Source of the DNA: Gammaproteobacteria bacterium
GTDB taxonomy: Bacteria; Pseudomonadota; Gammaproteobacteria; GCA-002705445; GCA-002716945
NCBI GenBank assembly: GCA_045561295.1
Contig: JBJKYD010000014.1
Span: 1-58,307 of the forward strand
Length of the DNA stretch: 58,307 bases
Reading direction: 5' to 3'
In this document: piece after piece, positions 32,012 through 40,687 of the stretch
Layout of the letters: each line of letters starts with the position of its first letter
Numbering within the stretch: the first letter of the stretch is position 1
Program-made: the position numbers and the translations under genes
The notes under the pieces: model-generated
Told to the model about the DNA's origin: nothing
The model's input: only the letters and a program-made list of their open reading frames with translations
The model's database searches: none

Positions 32012-33433
32012 ATGTCTAAATATTTCATAGGTATAATCATGGTACTCTCTGTGGGAAGTGCGGCCGCACATGAAGATATTCCTGCACCCAATCTTGGTGA
32101 CACATTAAATAGAACAATAACGCTCTACGATGAAGAGAGAATAGGAAGAAATATTTACAAAAACCTTCAAAAAAATAACTATATTATTGATGATTTTCTA
32201 GTCAATGACTACATCACATACCTAGGAAATAGATTAAGCAGGAATATATCAATGGAAAGGGACTATTTCTTTTTTATGACAAAATCTAATGCTGTAAATG
32301 CATTTGCTGTTCCTGGAGGTTTTATGGGCTTTAATGCTGGCTTATTTACCCTTACTCAAAATGAAGCTCAACTTGCAGGAGTTGTTGCACATGAATTAGG
32401 ACATGTGGTTCTTCGTCATAGCGCAGAAATGATGGCAAGTAGTAATGTCAATTCAATTCCAATGTGGATTGGAATCTTTGCAGGACTTCTTGCAGGAGAG
32501 ACAGAAGCGAGTATAGCTGCTATTCAATCAGGTATAGGTTTCTCAGTTCAAAAAAATATTAATCTTGTTAGAGAAAATGAAATTGAATCTGACAACTTTG
32601 CAGTAATGCTAATGAATAAAAGTAATTATGATCTAAACGAGATGGCAAACTTTTTCCTTTTAATGCAAGGAGACTCAAACAACCAAGAAAATTTAAATGA
32701 ATACTTTATGACTCATCCACTTTATAAAAACAGAATTAGTACTATTAAAAAAAGAGCTCGTGAACAAGTTAATCCTATAAAAAATAGTACTGATGATTAT
32801 TTTTATGTAAGAAATATTCTAGAAAGTAAAATGAGAATATTGAAGAATATGAAATATAAATTTTCAGATGATCCAATACAGAATCATCGCTATGCATTGA
32901 GTTTAGTCAATAGTGGTAAATATACTGAGGCTAGAAAAATTCTCAGTCAAAGTTTCAGCAAGGATCGTTTCAATATTTATCTAGCATCATTGATGTCAGA
33001 GATATTATGGCTTGAAGGCAAAAAATCTGAGTCAAAAGAAATTTTAAAAAAAATACTAAGTATTTATCCAAATAACAACGCTATAAGTCACCAATTATTT
33101 TTTTTCAATATTAAAGATCAGGTAGATCTAGAACAAAGCATCTCCGGAGTTGAATATCTAATGAAATATAACTCTTATAATCCTCAAGCATATAAGATAC
33201 TTGCTGAGGCTTATAGTAAAACAAACAGATTTTATAAATCAAAACTAGCTCTGATAAATTATTATAATCTCAAAGGTAATATAACTATGGCATTTAAGGT
33301 AATAGATGATGGTAATAGTTCAGATAAGCTTACTGATTATGAAAAAGGATACCTTCAAAAGCTAAAAAACAGTATCTTATGTACAACTAATCCGCCCTTA
33401 GAGCCTATATTTGGCAATAAAACCTGTAATTAA
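32012..33433 (+). CDS. bepA: BepA/YfgC-like periplasmic M48 metalloprotease with TPR-like tail
   Basis: Signal peptide, NAFAVPGG, AHELGH, ENEIESD, THP; divergent from tusA. Confidence 0.8.
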   Translation: MSKYFIGIIMVLSVGSAAAHEDIPAPNLGDTLNRTITLYDEERIGRNIYKNLQKNNYIIDDFLVNDYITYLGNRLSRNISMERDYFFFMTKSNAVNAFAVPGGFMGFNAGLFTLTQNEAQLAGVVAHELGHVVLRHSAEMMASSNVNSIPMWIGIFAGLLAGETEASIAAIQSGIGFSVQKNINLVRENEIESDNFAVMLMNKSNYDLNEMANFFLLMQGDSNNQENLNEYFMTHPLYKNRISTIKKRAREQVNPIKNSTDDYFYVRNILESKMRILKNMKYKFSDDPIQNHRYALSLVNSGKYTEARKILSQSFSKDRFNIYLASLMSEILWLEGKKSESKEILKKILSIYPNNNAISHQLFFFNIKDQVDLEQSISGVEYLMKYNSYNPQAYKILAEAYSKTNRFYKSKLALINYYNLKGNITMAFKVIDDGNSSDKLTDYEKGYLQKLKNSILCTTNPPLEPIFGNKTCN

Positions 33434-33474
33434 AAAATGTTTTAATAAAATTGATTCATCTATATAATGGAGCC

Positions 33475-33810
33475 ATGAAATATATAGTAGAATTTCTCTT
33501 AATTATTGTACTGGTTTTACCAAGCTTATCTTATGCAGACAACATTGCAGAAGGTAAAAGTCTCACATTCGACAGGAAGAAAGGTAACTGTTTAGCCTGT
33601 CATATGATAGATGACGGAGAACTTGCTGGCAATAATGGTCCTCCTCTCCTTGCGATGAAAGCGAGATTTCCAGACAGAGAGGTTCTATTTCAACAAATCT
33701 GGGATCCTACAGAGAGTAATCCGTATTCTTTCATGCCACCATTTGGAAAACACGGCGCTCTAACTAGAACTGAAATTAATAAGATAATGGACTATCTGTA
33801 TACATTGTGA
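33475..33810 (+). CDS. soxX: SoxX c-type cytochrome
   Basis: GGAG then ATG 33475; signal peptide, KGNCLACH, GPPL, MPPFG; first gene of soxXYZA. Confidence 0.93.
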   Translation: MKYIVEFLLIIVLVLPSLSYADNIAEGKSLTFDRKKGNCLACHMIDDGELAGNNGPPLLAMKARFPDREVLFQQIWDPTESNPYSFMPPFGKHGALTRTEINKIMDYLYTL

Positions 33811-33817
33811 GGAAAAA

Positions 33818-34279
33818 ATGAAAAGACGAAACTTCATAAAAAATAGTATGCTGTTTGCAGGGGTACTAACAACCTTGCCATCGGTATTATTTGCAAAAAA
33901 ATCTTATGCCGCTTGGCCAAAAACATCATTTGATATTAAAGACCTTACAGATTCTGTAAAAAGTGTTTATGGTCATAATAATTTAGAAGAATCTTCAAAG
34001 GTTAAGTTAAAAGCTCCATCTATTGCTGAAAATGGTGCTATTGTTCCGATAAATGTATCTACAAGTCTAGAAAATGTAGATTCAATAATGATATTTGTTG
34101 AGAATAATCCTCAGCCTTTATCAAGTGGATATCAACTTACTCAACTAGCAGAGCCGTCTATTGGTACGAGACTAAAAATGGGTAAAACATCAAATGTAAT
34201 GGCTGCTGTAAAAAGTGGAGATAAAGTCTATACATCTACTCAAGAAGTAAAAGTAACAATCGGAGGCTGTGGAGGTTAA
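33818..34279 (+). CDS. soxY: Sulfur carrier SoxY
   Basis: Tat signal KRRNFIK, APSIAENGAIVP, C-terminal VKVTIGGCGG swinging arm. Confidence 0.98.
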   Translation: MKRRNFIKNSMLFAGVLTTLPSVLFAKKSYAAWPKTSFDIKDLTDSVKSVYGHNNLEESSKVKLKAPSIAENGAIVPINVSTSLENVDSIMIFVENNPQPLSSGYQLTQLAEPSIGTRLKMGKTSNVMAAVKSGDKVYTSTQEVKVTIGGCGG

Positions 34280-34281
34280 TC

Positions 34282-34590
34282 ATGAGTACTATTAAAATGA
34301 GATCAAAAGAATCGAATGGCGTTGTGACCGTTAAAGCTCTTATTAAACATCCAATGGAGACTGGTCAACGTAAAAATAAAAAGACAGGTGATATGATACC
34401 TGCGCATTACATACAAGAAGTTCATAGTAAAGCCAATGGAAAGGATGTAATAACTATACATTGGGGCCCTGCTGTTTCAAAGAATCCATATCTTACCTTT
34501 AAATACAAAGGAAACAAAGGAGATGATGTTGAAATTTCATGGGTTGATAATCAGGGTAATAAAGATACAAAAATAGGTAAGGTAAAATAG
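34282..34590 (+). CDS. soxZ: Sulfur carrier SoxZ
   Basis: HPMETGQRK, IPAHYI, VSKNPY, WVDNQG. Confidence 0.97.
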   Translation: MSTIKMRSKESNGVVTVKALIKHPMETGQRKNKKTGDMIPAHYIQEVHSKANGKDVITIHWGPAVSKNPYLTFKYKGNKGDDVEISWVDNQGNKDTKIGKVK

Positions 34591-34592
34591 TA

Positions 34593-35420
34593 ATGTTTAG
34601 AAAAATTCTTGCTGTCATTTTGCTTCTACCAGCTTTATCGGTATTAGCTAGTCCAGAGAAGGATTTTGATAAATTCGTTAGTTATTTCAAAGATAGGTTT
34701 CCTAATACGCCATATGAAGATTATAAAAATGGTGTTTATTCTATTGATGCTTCAGCAAGAGAACAATGGGAGGCCATGGAAGAATTTCCACCATACGAAC
34801 TTAATGTAGATAGAGGCGAGGAGCTATTCAATAAGCCATTCAAAAATGGAAATACATATGGATCATGTTTCGAAAATGGCGGAGTAGGAATAAGGCAAAA
34901 TTACCCATATTTTGATACCGATCGTAATAAGGTAATTACACTTGAAGGTGCGCTGAATGATTGCCGTTTGAAAAATGGTGAAAAACCACTCAGCTATTTC
35001 AAGGGCAAGGAGCTAGCTCATGTATCTGCTTACATGGCTTATACGTCCAGAGGTAATGTCTTTAATGTGCAAATACCTAATACTGAAGGAGCTCTAAATG
35101 CTTATGAAGATGGAAAAAGGCTATATTTCACCAAGAAAGGTCAGCTCAACTTTTCATGTGCAGATTGTCATGTATATCAGACAGGTACTAAATTAAGAGC
35201 TGATATTCCAAGTCCAGCTATTGGACATCCTACTCATTTTCCAGTCTATCGTTCTGGCATGGGCAGACTAGTGACACTCCATGAGAGATTTGCAGGTTGT
35301 TTAAATCGTATAAGAGCGAAAAGCTTCAAAGGCGGGAGTGATGAATTAAATAATTTAGAATTTTTCACTACATTTATGAGCAATGGCCTTGAAGTTAATG
35401 GACCTGGCTCTAGAAAATAA
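34593..35420 (+). CDS. soxA: SoxA c-type cytochrome (single CXXCH)
   Basis: Signal peptide, GQLNFSCADCH, FPVYR, ERFAGCLNRIRA active-site Cys/Arg, GPGSR. Confidence 0.96.
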   Translation: MFRKILAVILLLPALSVLASPEKDFDKFVSYFKDRFPNTPYEDYKNGVYSIDASAREQWEAMEEFPPYELNVDRGEELFNKPFKNGNTYGSCFENGGVGIRQNYPYFDTDRNKVITLEGALNDCRLKNGEKPLSYFKGKELAHVSAYMAYTSRGNVFNVQIPNTEGALNAYEDGKRLYFTKKGQLNFSCADCHVYQTGTKLRADIPSPAIGHPTHFPVYRSGMGRLVTLHERFAGCLNRIRAKSFKGGSDELNNLEFFTTFMSNGLEVNGPGSRK

Positions 35421-35444
35421 ATTCAAATAAGCTATACTCATTTC

Positions 35445-35945
35445 ATGACTAAGATTAATGTTTCTAAGTTCATAGCAGTAACTGCTGGACTAATACTGCT
35501 CTCCTCATGCGCTAATATGCAAGCCATGATTGAAAATCAAGTACAAGAAGAAAAAGAGATTTCTGTTGATCAAAAGCTTCAGGTATCAATACCTATCCCA
35601 GATAACTCAAAATATCTTACAAACAAGACTGTCATATTTGGTGAAGGTAATAAGTTTTCTGGAATACTGTATCTACAACATGATCAATCTGCAGATGACA
35701 TTGCAAGCTTTTATAGAAAGAATATGATTGCTGATGGATGGTCTGAAATCGGTATAGTGAGATCACAGTTTATTCTTGTTAACTTTGAAAAGGAGAATAG
35801 ATTTGCAACAATCAAAGTGATTAGAACAATGTTCGAAAAATCTGACTCAGAAATTAGCATAGGACCTAAATCCTCAACACAACTAGAAAAAAGTTTAGAT
35901 ATAGATAGCGGAAGTGTATCTGATGAACCTTTTATTGTTGAATAA
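35445..35945 (+). CDS. Hypothetical lipoprotein
   Basis: Lipobox LLSS-C; FYRKNMIADGW; function not recognised. Confidence 0.8.
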   Translation: MTKINVSKFIAVTAGLILLSSCANMQAMIENQVQEEKEISVDQKLQVSIPIPDNSKYLTNKTVIFGEGNKFSGILYLQHDQSADDIASFYRKNMIADGWSEIGIVRSQFILVNFEKENRFATIKVIRTMFEKSDSEISIGPKSSTQLEKSLDIDSGSVSDEPFIVE

Positions 35946-35949
35946 CCGA

Positions 35950-36930
35950 CTATTCAATAATTATATCTATTACATCCTCTAAGTATAAGTCTCTAAAAAA
36001 ATGTCCGCCACCCTCGAGGATAACTGTTCTAACATTTGATTTATTAATTTCTCCATAACTTTTATAACTATCTAATAATATTTCATCTTCTGTTCCAGAA
36101 AATATAGTTATGGGAGATTTACTGTTATCTATTAAATCAAAAATATTAAATGAAAATGGGTATGCTGATTTATTTTTAGAAAAGTCCAAATATGATTTGA
36201 ATGTTTTAGATGAAACAATGACATTTTCACAAAATAGAAAGTTAATTCTCCTATATCTATCTGCTAAATTATAATTCTCATTACTATTAATAATAAGATC
36301 ATATGGAATACCTAATTCTTCTTCATAATATGCTTTAGTTCCTTTGTATGTATCAATAACTGGGGCTAGAAGGTAGCTTTTTATTTTCTTGTTATCAATT
36401 ATTGATAAGGCTTGCATGACATTTAACCCACCTCTTGAATGACCAATAAAATTTATTTGGTTATATCCTTTTTTAATTAGGTAATTGTACCAGGTAATTA
36501 TTTCTTCGACTGATTCATGCTCATTGTGATTATGGTTAATATCACAAGCTAAAAAATCATCATGTCTATTACTAAACCCATAGCTTAGGTTTATCGATAA
36601 AATATCATGACCTTCTTCAAATAATCTAGAAGAAAGAGTTTGAATTATCTCCATTCCTTTATGAGCTCTCGTTCCATGTACTATTAAAAAAGCAGAGGTA
36701 TTTTGATTCGAGCTTGAAAGTTCTCCAGTAAGCTTTATATTGTTTTTACTTGATATCGTAACTTGTTTTCCAGCAGCAAAGGATAGGCTAGTAATAATAC
36801 AAAAAAGAGTTAAGGTGAAAAAATGGATAGCTAATTTAGGGCGTACAGGATTCGAACCTGTGACAAATGGCTTAAAAGGCCACTGCTCTACCAACTGAGC
36901 TAACGCCCCAAATTTATTAAATCTTCTCAA
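35950..36930 (-). CDS. Secreted alpha/beta hydrolase (start uncertain; frame runs through tRNA-Lys)
   Basis: Signal-like KLAIHFFTLTLFCIITSLSFA, HG oxyanion motif (IVHGT), GHSRGG nucleophile, GTED, GGHFF. Confidence 0.85.
   Translation of the reverse strand: MRRFNKFGALAQLVEQWPFKPFVTGSNPVRPKLAIHFFTLTLFCIITSLSFAAGKQVTISSKNNIKLTGELSSSNQNTSAFLIVHGTRAHKGMEIIQTLSSRLFEEGHDILSINLSYGFSNRHDDFLACDINHNHNEHESVEEIITWYNYLIKKGYNQINFIGHSRGGLNVMQALSIIDNKKIKSYLLAPVIDTYKGTKAYYEEELGIPYDLIINSNENYNLADRYRRINFLFCENVIVSSKTFKSYLDFSKNKSAYPFSFNIFDLIDNSKSPITIFSGTEDEILLDSYKSYGEINKSNVRTVILEGGGHFFRDLYLEDVIDIIIE
36837..36909 (-). tRNA. tRNA-Lys (TTT)
   Basis: GGGGCGT-TA-GCTCAGTTGGTAGAGC-A-GTGGC-CTTTTAA-GCCAT-TTGTC-ACAGG-TTCGAAT-CCTGT-ACGCCCT-A. 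Confidence 0.96.
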
Positions 36931-38116
36931 GAGTTCTTAGTTTTCCTGGTAATACTTTTAAATCTATTAAAGCATTTTTAAGAAGTTCTATGAAACTGCT
37001 TTCCTCATATACTGCTTTATAATACTCGATTTTCATCATTAATGAAGCTCCAAATATTATTGAGAGTAATGTTATAATTGATCCTATAGCAAGAGTTGAA
37101 ACTCCGGATACACCTTGTCCTATCGTGCAACCAAGGGATAATACACCTCCGATTCCAATGAGAACTGCTCCAATAAAATGTCTAAAGAAGTCATGTTTAT
37201 TAGCAAACCATTCTATTCTAAGATTATTACTGATTAATGAATAAACGAAAGAACCTACTATAGTTGAAATTAATGCTGTTACACCAAAGGTAAGATAAAA
37301 ATTATCGAAGACGCTAGAGGTATATATTAGTACCTCTCCCATTGGATTTATAAAGGTGAATGATTGAACTCCTACTGATGGGTAAGGAGTGTCTAAAAAG
37401 TCATTATTTTCAATCCATGCTTGCCCGAGTTCACCGCCTGATATGAGCCATGCAAGAGTAACTACCAAACCTACAACGACACCTGATAATATATTATCTG
37501 ATGACAAGCTTGTGTATGAAGAAAAAATATATTTCAACAAAAAAAAACAAATTAATAATGGTATAAATATTGTTATTAATATGTTTCCAGCATCTATATT
37601 AGTTAATGAAGAAAAAATTGTTTGAACAGACTGGTCTGGTATGCCAAGCTTCGCTAAATCTGGACTTATTGGACTCATCCAACTATGAAAAATTAGTCCA
37701 TAAAAATCGGTCCTGGTCATCAACAATGCCATTAATCCTGCAATAAGTAACACAAAGATAGATTTAAGGTTGCCCCCTCCAATTCTAATTAGTATTTTAT
37801 TTCCACACCCACTGGCAAGAGTCATGCCTATGCCAAACATTATGCCCCCAATTATATACCGCGGCCAGAAAAGGACAGAATTTCTATAAGGTATTCTAGA
37901 TTCACTTACATCAACTATGCCTAAGTATTCGAGTGAAGTAACACCCACAATTGCAGTTGTTATGGCCAACAACCAAGCTTTGAGTCTTGATGAGTCTCCT
38001 ATGTTTACTAAGTCTGATACCGCACCCATGGTACAGAAATTAGTTTTATTCACAACGTATCCAAGAATAAAGCCTAATATCGATGTATAGATTAAAAGTG
38101 TGGTTGTTATATCCAT
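36917..38116 (-). CDS. YeeE/YedE family sulfur-compound (thiosulfate) transporter
   Basis: TNFCTMG, LASGCG, LSLGCTIGQG Cys motifs; multiple TM segments. Confidence 0.92.
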   Translation of the reverse strand: MDITTTLLIYTSILGFILGYVVNKTNFCTMGAVSDLVNIGDSSRLKAWLLAITTAIVGVTSLEYLGIVDVSESRIPYRNSVLFWPRYIIGGIMFGIGMTLASGCGNKILIRIGGGNLKSIFVLLIAGLMALLMTRTDFYGLIFHSWMSPISPDLAKLGIPDQSVQTIFSSLTNIDAGNILITIFIPLLICFFLLKYIFSSYTSLSSDNILSGVVVGLVVTLAWLISGGELGQAWIENNDFLDTPYPSVGVQSFTFINPMGEVLIYTSSVFDNFYLTFGVTALISTIVGSFVYSLISNNLRIEWFANKHDFFRHFIGAVLIGIGGVLSLGCTIGQGVSGVSTLAIGSIITLLSIIFGASLMMKIEYYKAVYEESSFIELLKNALIDLKVLPGKLRTLEKI

Positions 38117-38156
38117 AGTACTACAAAGACACAGTTTATATATTTTTTATAATTTT

Positions 38157-38831
38157 TCAATTTTTATATCTAGTAGGATCTTCTAGTCCTGCTAGTAAAA
38201 ATCCTTCTTTCCTCAGCTTACAAGCATCACAATGTCCACAAGCATTTCCCTCTCTGTCCAATTGATAACATGATACAGTTTGTGAGTAGTCAATGCCCAT
38301 ATTATGTCCATATTTTATTATGTCCTTTTTAGACATGTTTATTAAAGGTGTATTAATTTCAAGTTGTTTTCCATCAACTCCAGTTTTAGTGCCCAAGTTA
38401 ATAGTCTTTTTAAATGAATCAATAAAGTCTGGGCGACAATCAGGATATCCAGAATAGTCAATTTGATTAACGCCAATGAAAATTTGATCAATAGACATTT
38501 TTTCAGCATATGCAGCTGCAATAGATAAAAAAATTGTATTCCTTGCTGGTACATATGTAACAGGGATTCCAGGATTCATTTCTGTTGGAACATTTATTTC
38601 TTTGTCTGTGAGTGCAGAGCCACCAATTTGAGTAAGATCTATTTTAAAAATATGTCCTTTTAAATTTATTATTTTAAGATATTTCTGACTCGATTCTATT
38701 TCATAGCTATGGCGTTGACTATAGTCAATGGTTAGAGGTATGCAAGTATATCCTTTTGAAATTGCGTGGTGCAAAACGGTTGTTGAATCAAGACCGCCAG
38801 AGAAAAGCACTAAGACTTTTTTATTTTCCAT
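38157..38831 (-). CDS. queC: 7-cyano-7-deazaguanine synthase
   Basis: SGGLDS, TYVPARN, YPDCRP, SCY...CGHCDAC. Confidence 0.97.
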   Translation of the reverse strand: MENKKVLVLFSGGLDSTTVLHHAISKGYTCIPLTIDYSQRHSYEIESSQKYLKIINLKGHIFKIDLTQIGGSALTDKEINVPTEMNPGIPVTYVPARNTIFLSIAAAYAEKMSIDQIFIGVNQIDYSGYPDCRPDFIDSFKKTINLGTKTGVDGKQLEINTPLINMSKKDIIKYGHNMGIDYSQTVSCYQLDREGNACGHCDACKLRKEGFLLAGLEDPTRYKN

Positions 38832-39462
38832 TAACTTCGCCCCATATTGTTTTGTGAAGTTGTGTCTGCAATCTAACATTAAGGGAGTTTTTGAGTATTA
38901 AGTCTGCAAGTTCAGATAATGGCATTTGATTATATGAAGGAGAAAATATAATAGGGCAGATTGAAGAAAGATTATTTTTTTTTATATAATCAACGGCCCA
39001 TTCAAAATCTTTTTGATTACAAATAACAAATTTTAGTTCATCAGATTTCTTAAGTATAGAATAATTGGAAATTAAATTTTTATCTGATTCCAGTGATCCA
39101 GGAGTTTTAATATCTAAAATAATTGAAACCCTTGAGTCTACATCCTCGATAGTAATGGCGTTGCTAGTCTCTAATGATACAGAATAATTTAAATCACATA
39201 GTTCTTTCATAAGGCTTTGAACATTTTTTTGAGAGAGCGGTTCACCGCCCGTAATTGTAATATACTTTGTAGTATCTCTATTAAGCTTAGATAAGATTTC
39301 TTCAAATGACATTTTAGATCCAGCATTAAATGCATATCCTGTATCACAGTAAGTACATCTTAATGGACATCCTGTTAATCTTATGAAATATGTTGGTAAA
39401 CCAGATCTAGATGTTTCACCTTGTATAGAATAAAATATTTCATTGATTATTAAGCTCTTCAT
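38821..39462 (-). CDS. queE: 7-carboxy-7-deazaguanine synthase (radical SAM)
   Basis: SIQGE, GCPLRCTYCDT, TGGEPL, QLHK. Confidence 0.95.
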   Translation of the reverse strand: MKSLIINEIFYSIQGETSRSGLPTYFIRLTGCPLRCTYCDTGYAFNAGSKMSFEEILSKLNRDTTKYITITGGEPLSQKNVQSLMKELCDLNYSVSLETSNAITIEDVDSRVSIILDIKTPGSLESDKNLISNYSILKKSDELKFVICNQKDFEWAVDYIKKNNLSSICPIIFSPSYNQMPLSELADLILKNSLNVRLQTQLHKTIWGEVNGK

Positions 39463-39470
39463 TCTAGATA

Positions 39471-39968
39471 CTATATAGCTTTAATTTCTTCAGGGGAATC
39501 AATACTAGTAATTCCATGGCATAGTGCTACGCCTAGAGCATCTGATGCGTCAATTTCTAATTTTCTTCGTATACGTAGTTTTCTCTTAACAAATTTCTGG
39601 AGTTCGTCTTTATCTGCTGCACCATTACCAGTTATTATCATTTTGACTCTTCTTGGACTATATTCATAAATAGATCTGTCATCACCGCAACACGCAGATA
39701 AGGCAGCACCTCTAGCTTGACCAAGTTTAATTGCTGTTCCTGCATTCACACTAAAAAAAACTGACTCCAATGCAATCTCATCTGGTTTATATATTTCAAT
39801 TAAACGTTGTGTATTTTTATGTATTAAGGACAACTTAGTTGTATAAAGATTTTTGAGTCCAGTTTTTATTATTTCATGGTGAATATAAGATAAATTATTA
39901 TTCTCTGAATTAATAATTCCATAGCCTGTAATATTAGTTCCTGGATCAATACCTAATATGACTGACAT
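39471..39968 (-). CDS. ruvC: Holliday junction resolvase RuvC
   Basis: ILGIDPG, KLGQARG, GNGAADK, DASDAL. Confidence 0.96.
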   Translation of the reverse strand: MSVILGIDPGTNITGYGIINSENNNLSYIHHEIIKTGLKNLYTTKLSLIHKNTQRLIEIYKPDEIALESVFFSVNAGTAIKLGQARGAALSACCGDDRSIYEYSPRRVKMIITGNGAADKDELQKFVKRKLRIRRKLEIDASDALGVALCHGITSIDSPEEIKAI

Positions 39969-39973
39969 ATTAA

Positions 39974-40687
39974 TTATAGAATATTGATGTTTGTATAAAT
40001 ATTTTGAACATCATCTAATTCCTCAAGGTTTTCAGTAAATAGTTCTACTTGCTCTATGTCGGTTTCATCAATATCACACATTGTCGTAGGCTCTAAAATT
40101 ATTTCTTCATCTTTTGTTTGAAGTGATTTCTCTTCGAAGAAGGATTTTACTTTAAATAAATTAGCAGGCTCTGTATTAACAACACAGTTATTATCAATTT
40201 GTTCATAGTCAAGTATTTCTATTTCATCAATATAGTTAATCAAATCATCCTCTGAAGTATCTAGTAGTGTAAGAATACCTATTTTCTTAAAAAGATGTGC
40301 TACTGAACCCTTGGTTCCAAGACTTCCATTATATTTTGTCAAAGCATGCCTTACCTCTGAGACAGTCCTATTTTTGTTATCAGTAAGACATTCAATAATA
40401 ACTGCGATACCTTTAGGGCCATATCCTTCATATGTAATTTCCTCGAATGAATCACTACTTTGTCCTGAACCTTTTTTTATTGCTCTCTCTATCGTATCTT
40501 TAGGAACACTATTTTTATTAGCTTTAGACATAGCTAACCGTAGTCTAGAATTACTAGATATATCTGGTCCTGCTAGTTTGACAGCAACTGTAATTTCTCT
40601 AATAATCTTTGTAAATACTTTACCGCGTTTATTGTCTTGGGCTTTTTTTCTATGTTGTATATTTGCCCATTTACTATGTCCTGCCAT
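39974..40687 (-). CDS. yebC: YebC/PmpR family protein
   Basis: MAGHSKWANI, YEGYGP, TDNKNRT, DDVQNIY. Confidence 0.95.
   Translation of the reverse strand: MAGHSKWANIQHRKKAQDNKRGKVFTKIIREITVAVKLAGPDISSNSRLRLAMSKANKNSVPKDTIERAIKKGSGQSSDSFEEITYEGYGPKGIAVIIECLTDNKNRTVSEVRHALTKYNGSLGTKGSVAHLFKKIGILTLLDTSEDDLINYIDEIEILDYEQIDNNCVVNTEPANLFKVKSFFEEKSLQTKDEEIILEPTTMCDIDETDIEQVELFTENLEELDDVQNIYTNINIL

Noticed and set aside
32012-36909. sox cluster as a mobile island integrated at tRNA-Lys
   Set aside because: No integrase, no duplicated tRNA 3' end seen, and no obvious compositional break
38157-39462. queC/queE as part of a 7-deazaguanine DNA modification or defence system, or under a preQ1 riboswitch
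   Set aside because: Housekeeping context, no dpdA or qat genes, and only 8 nt upstream of queE
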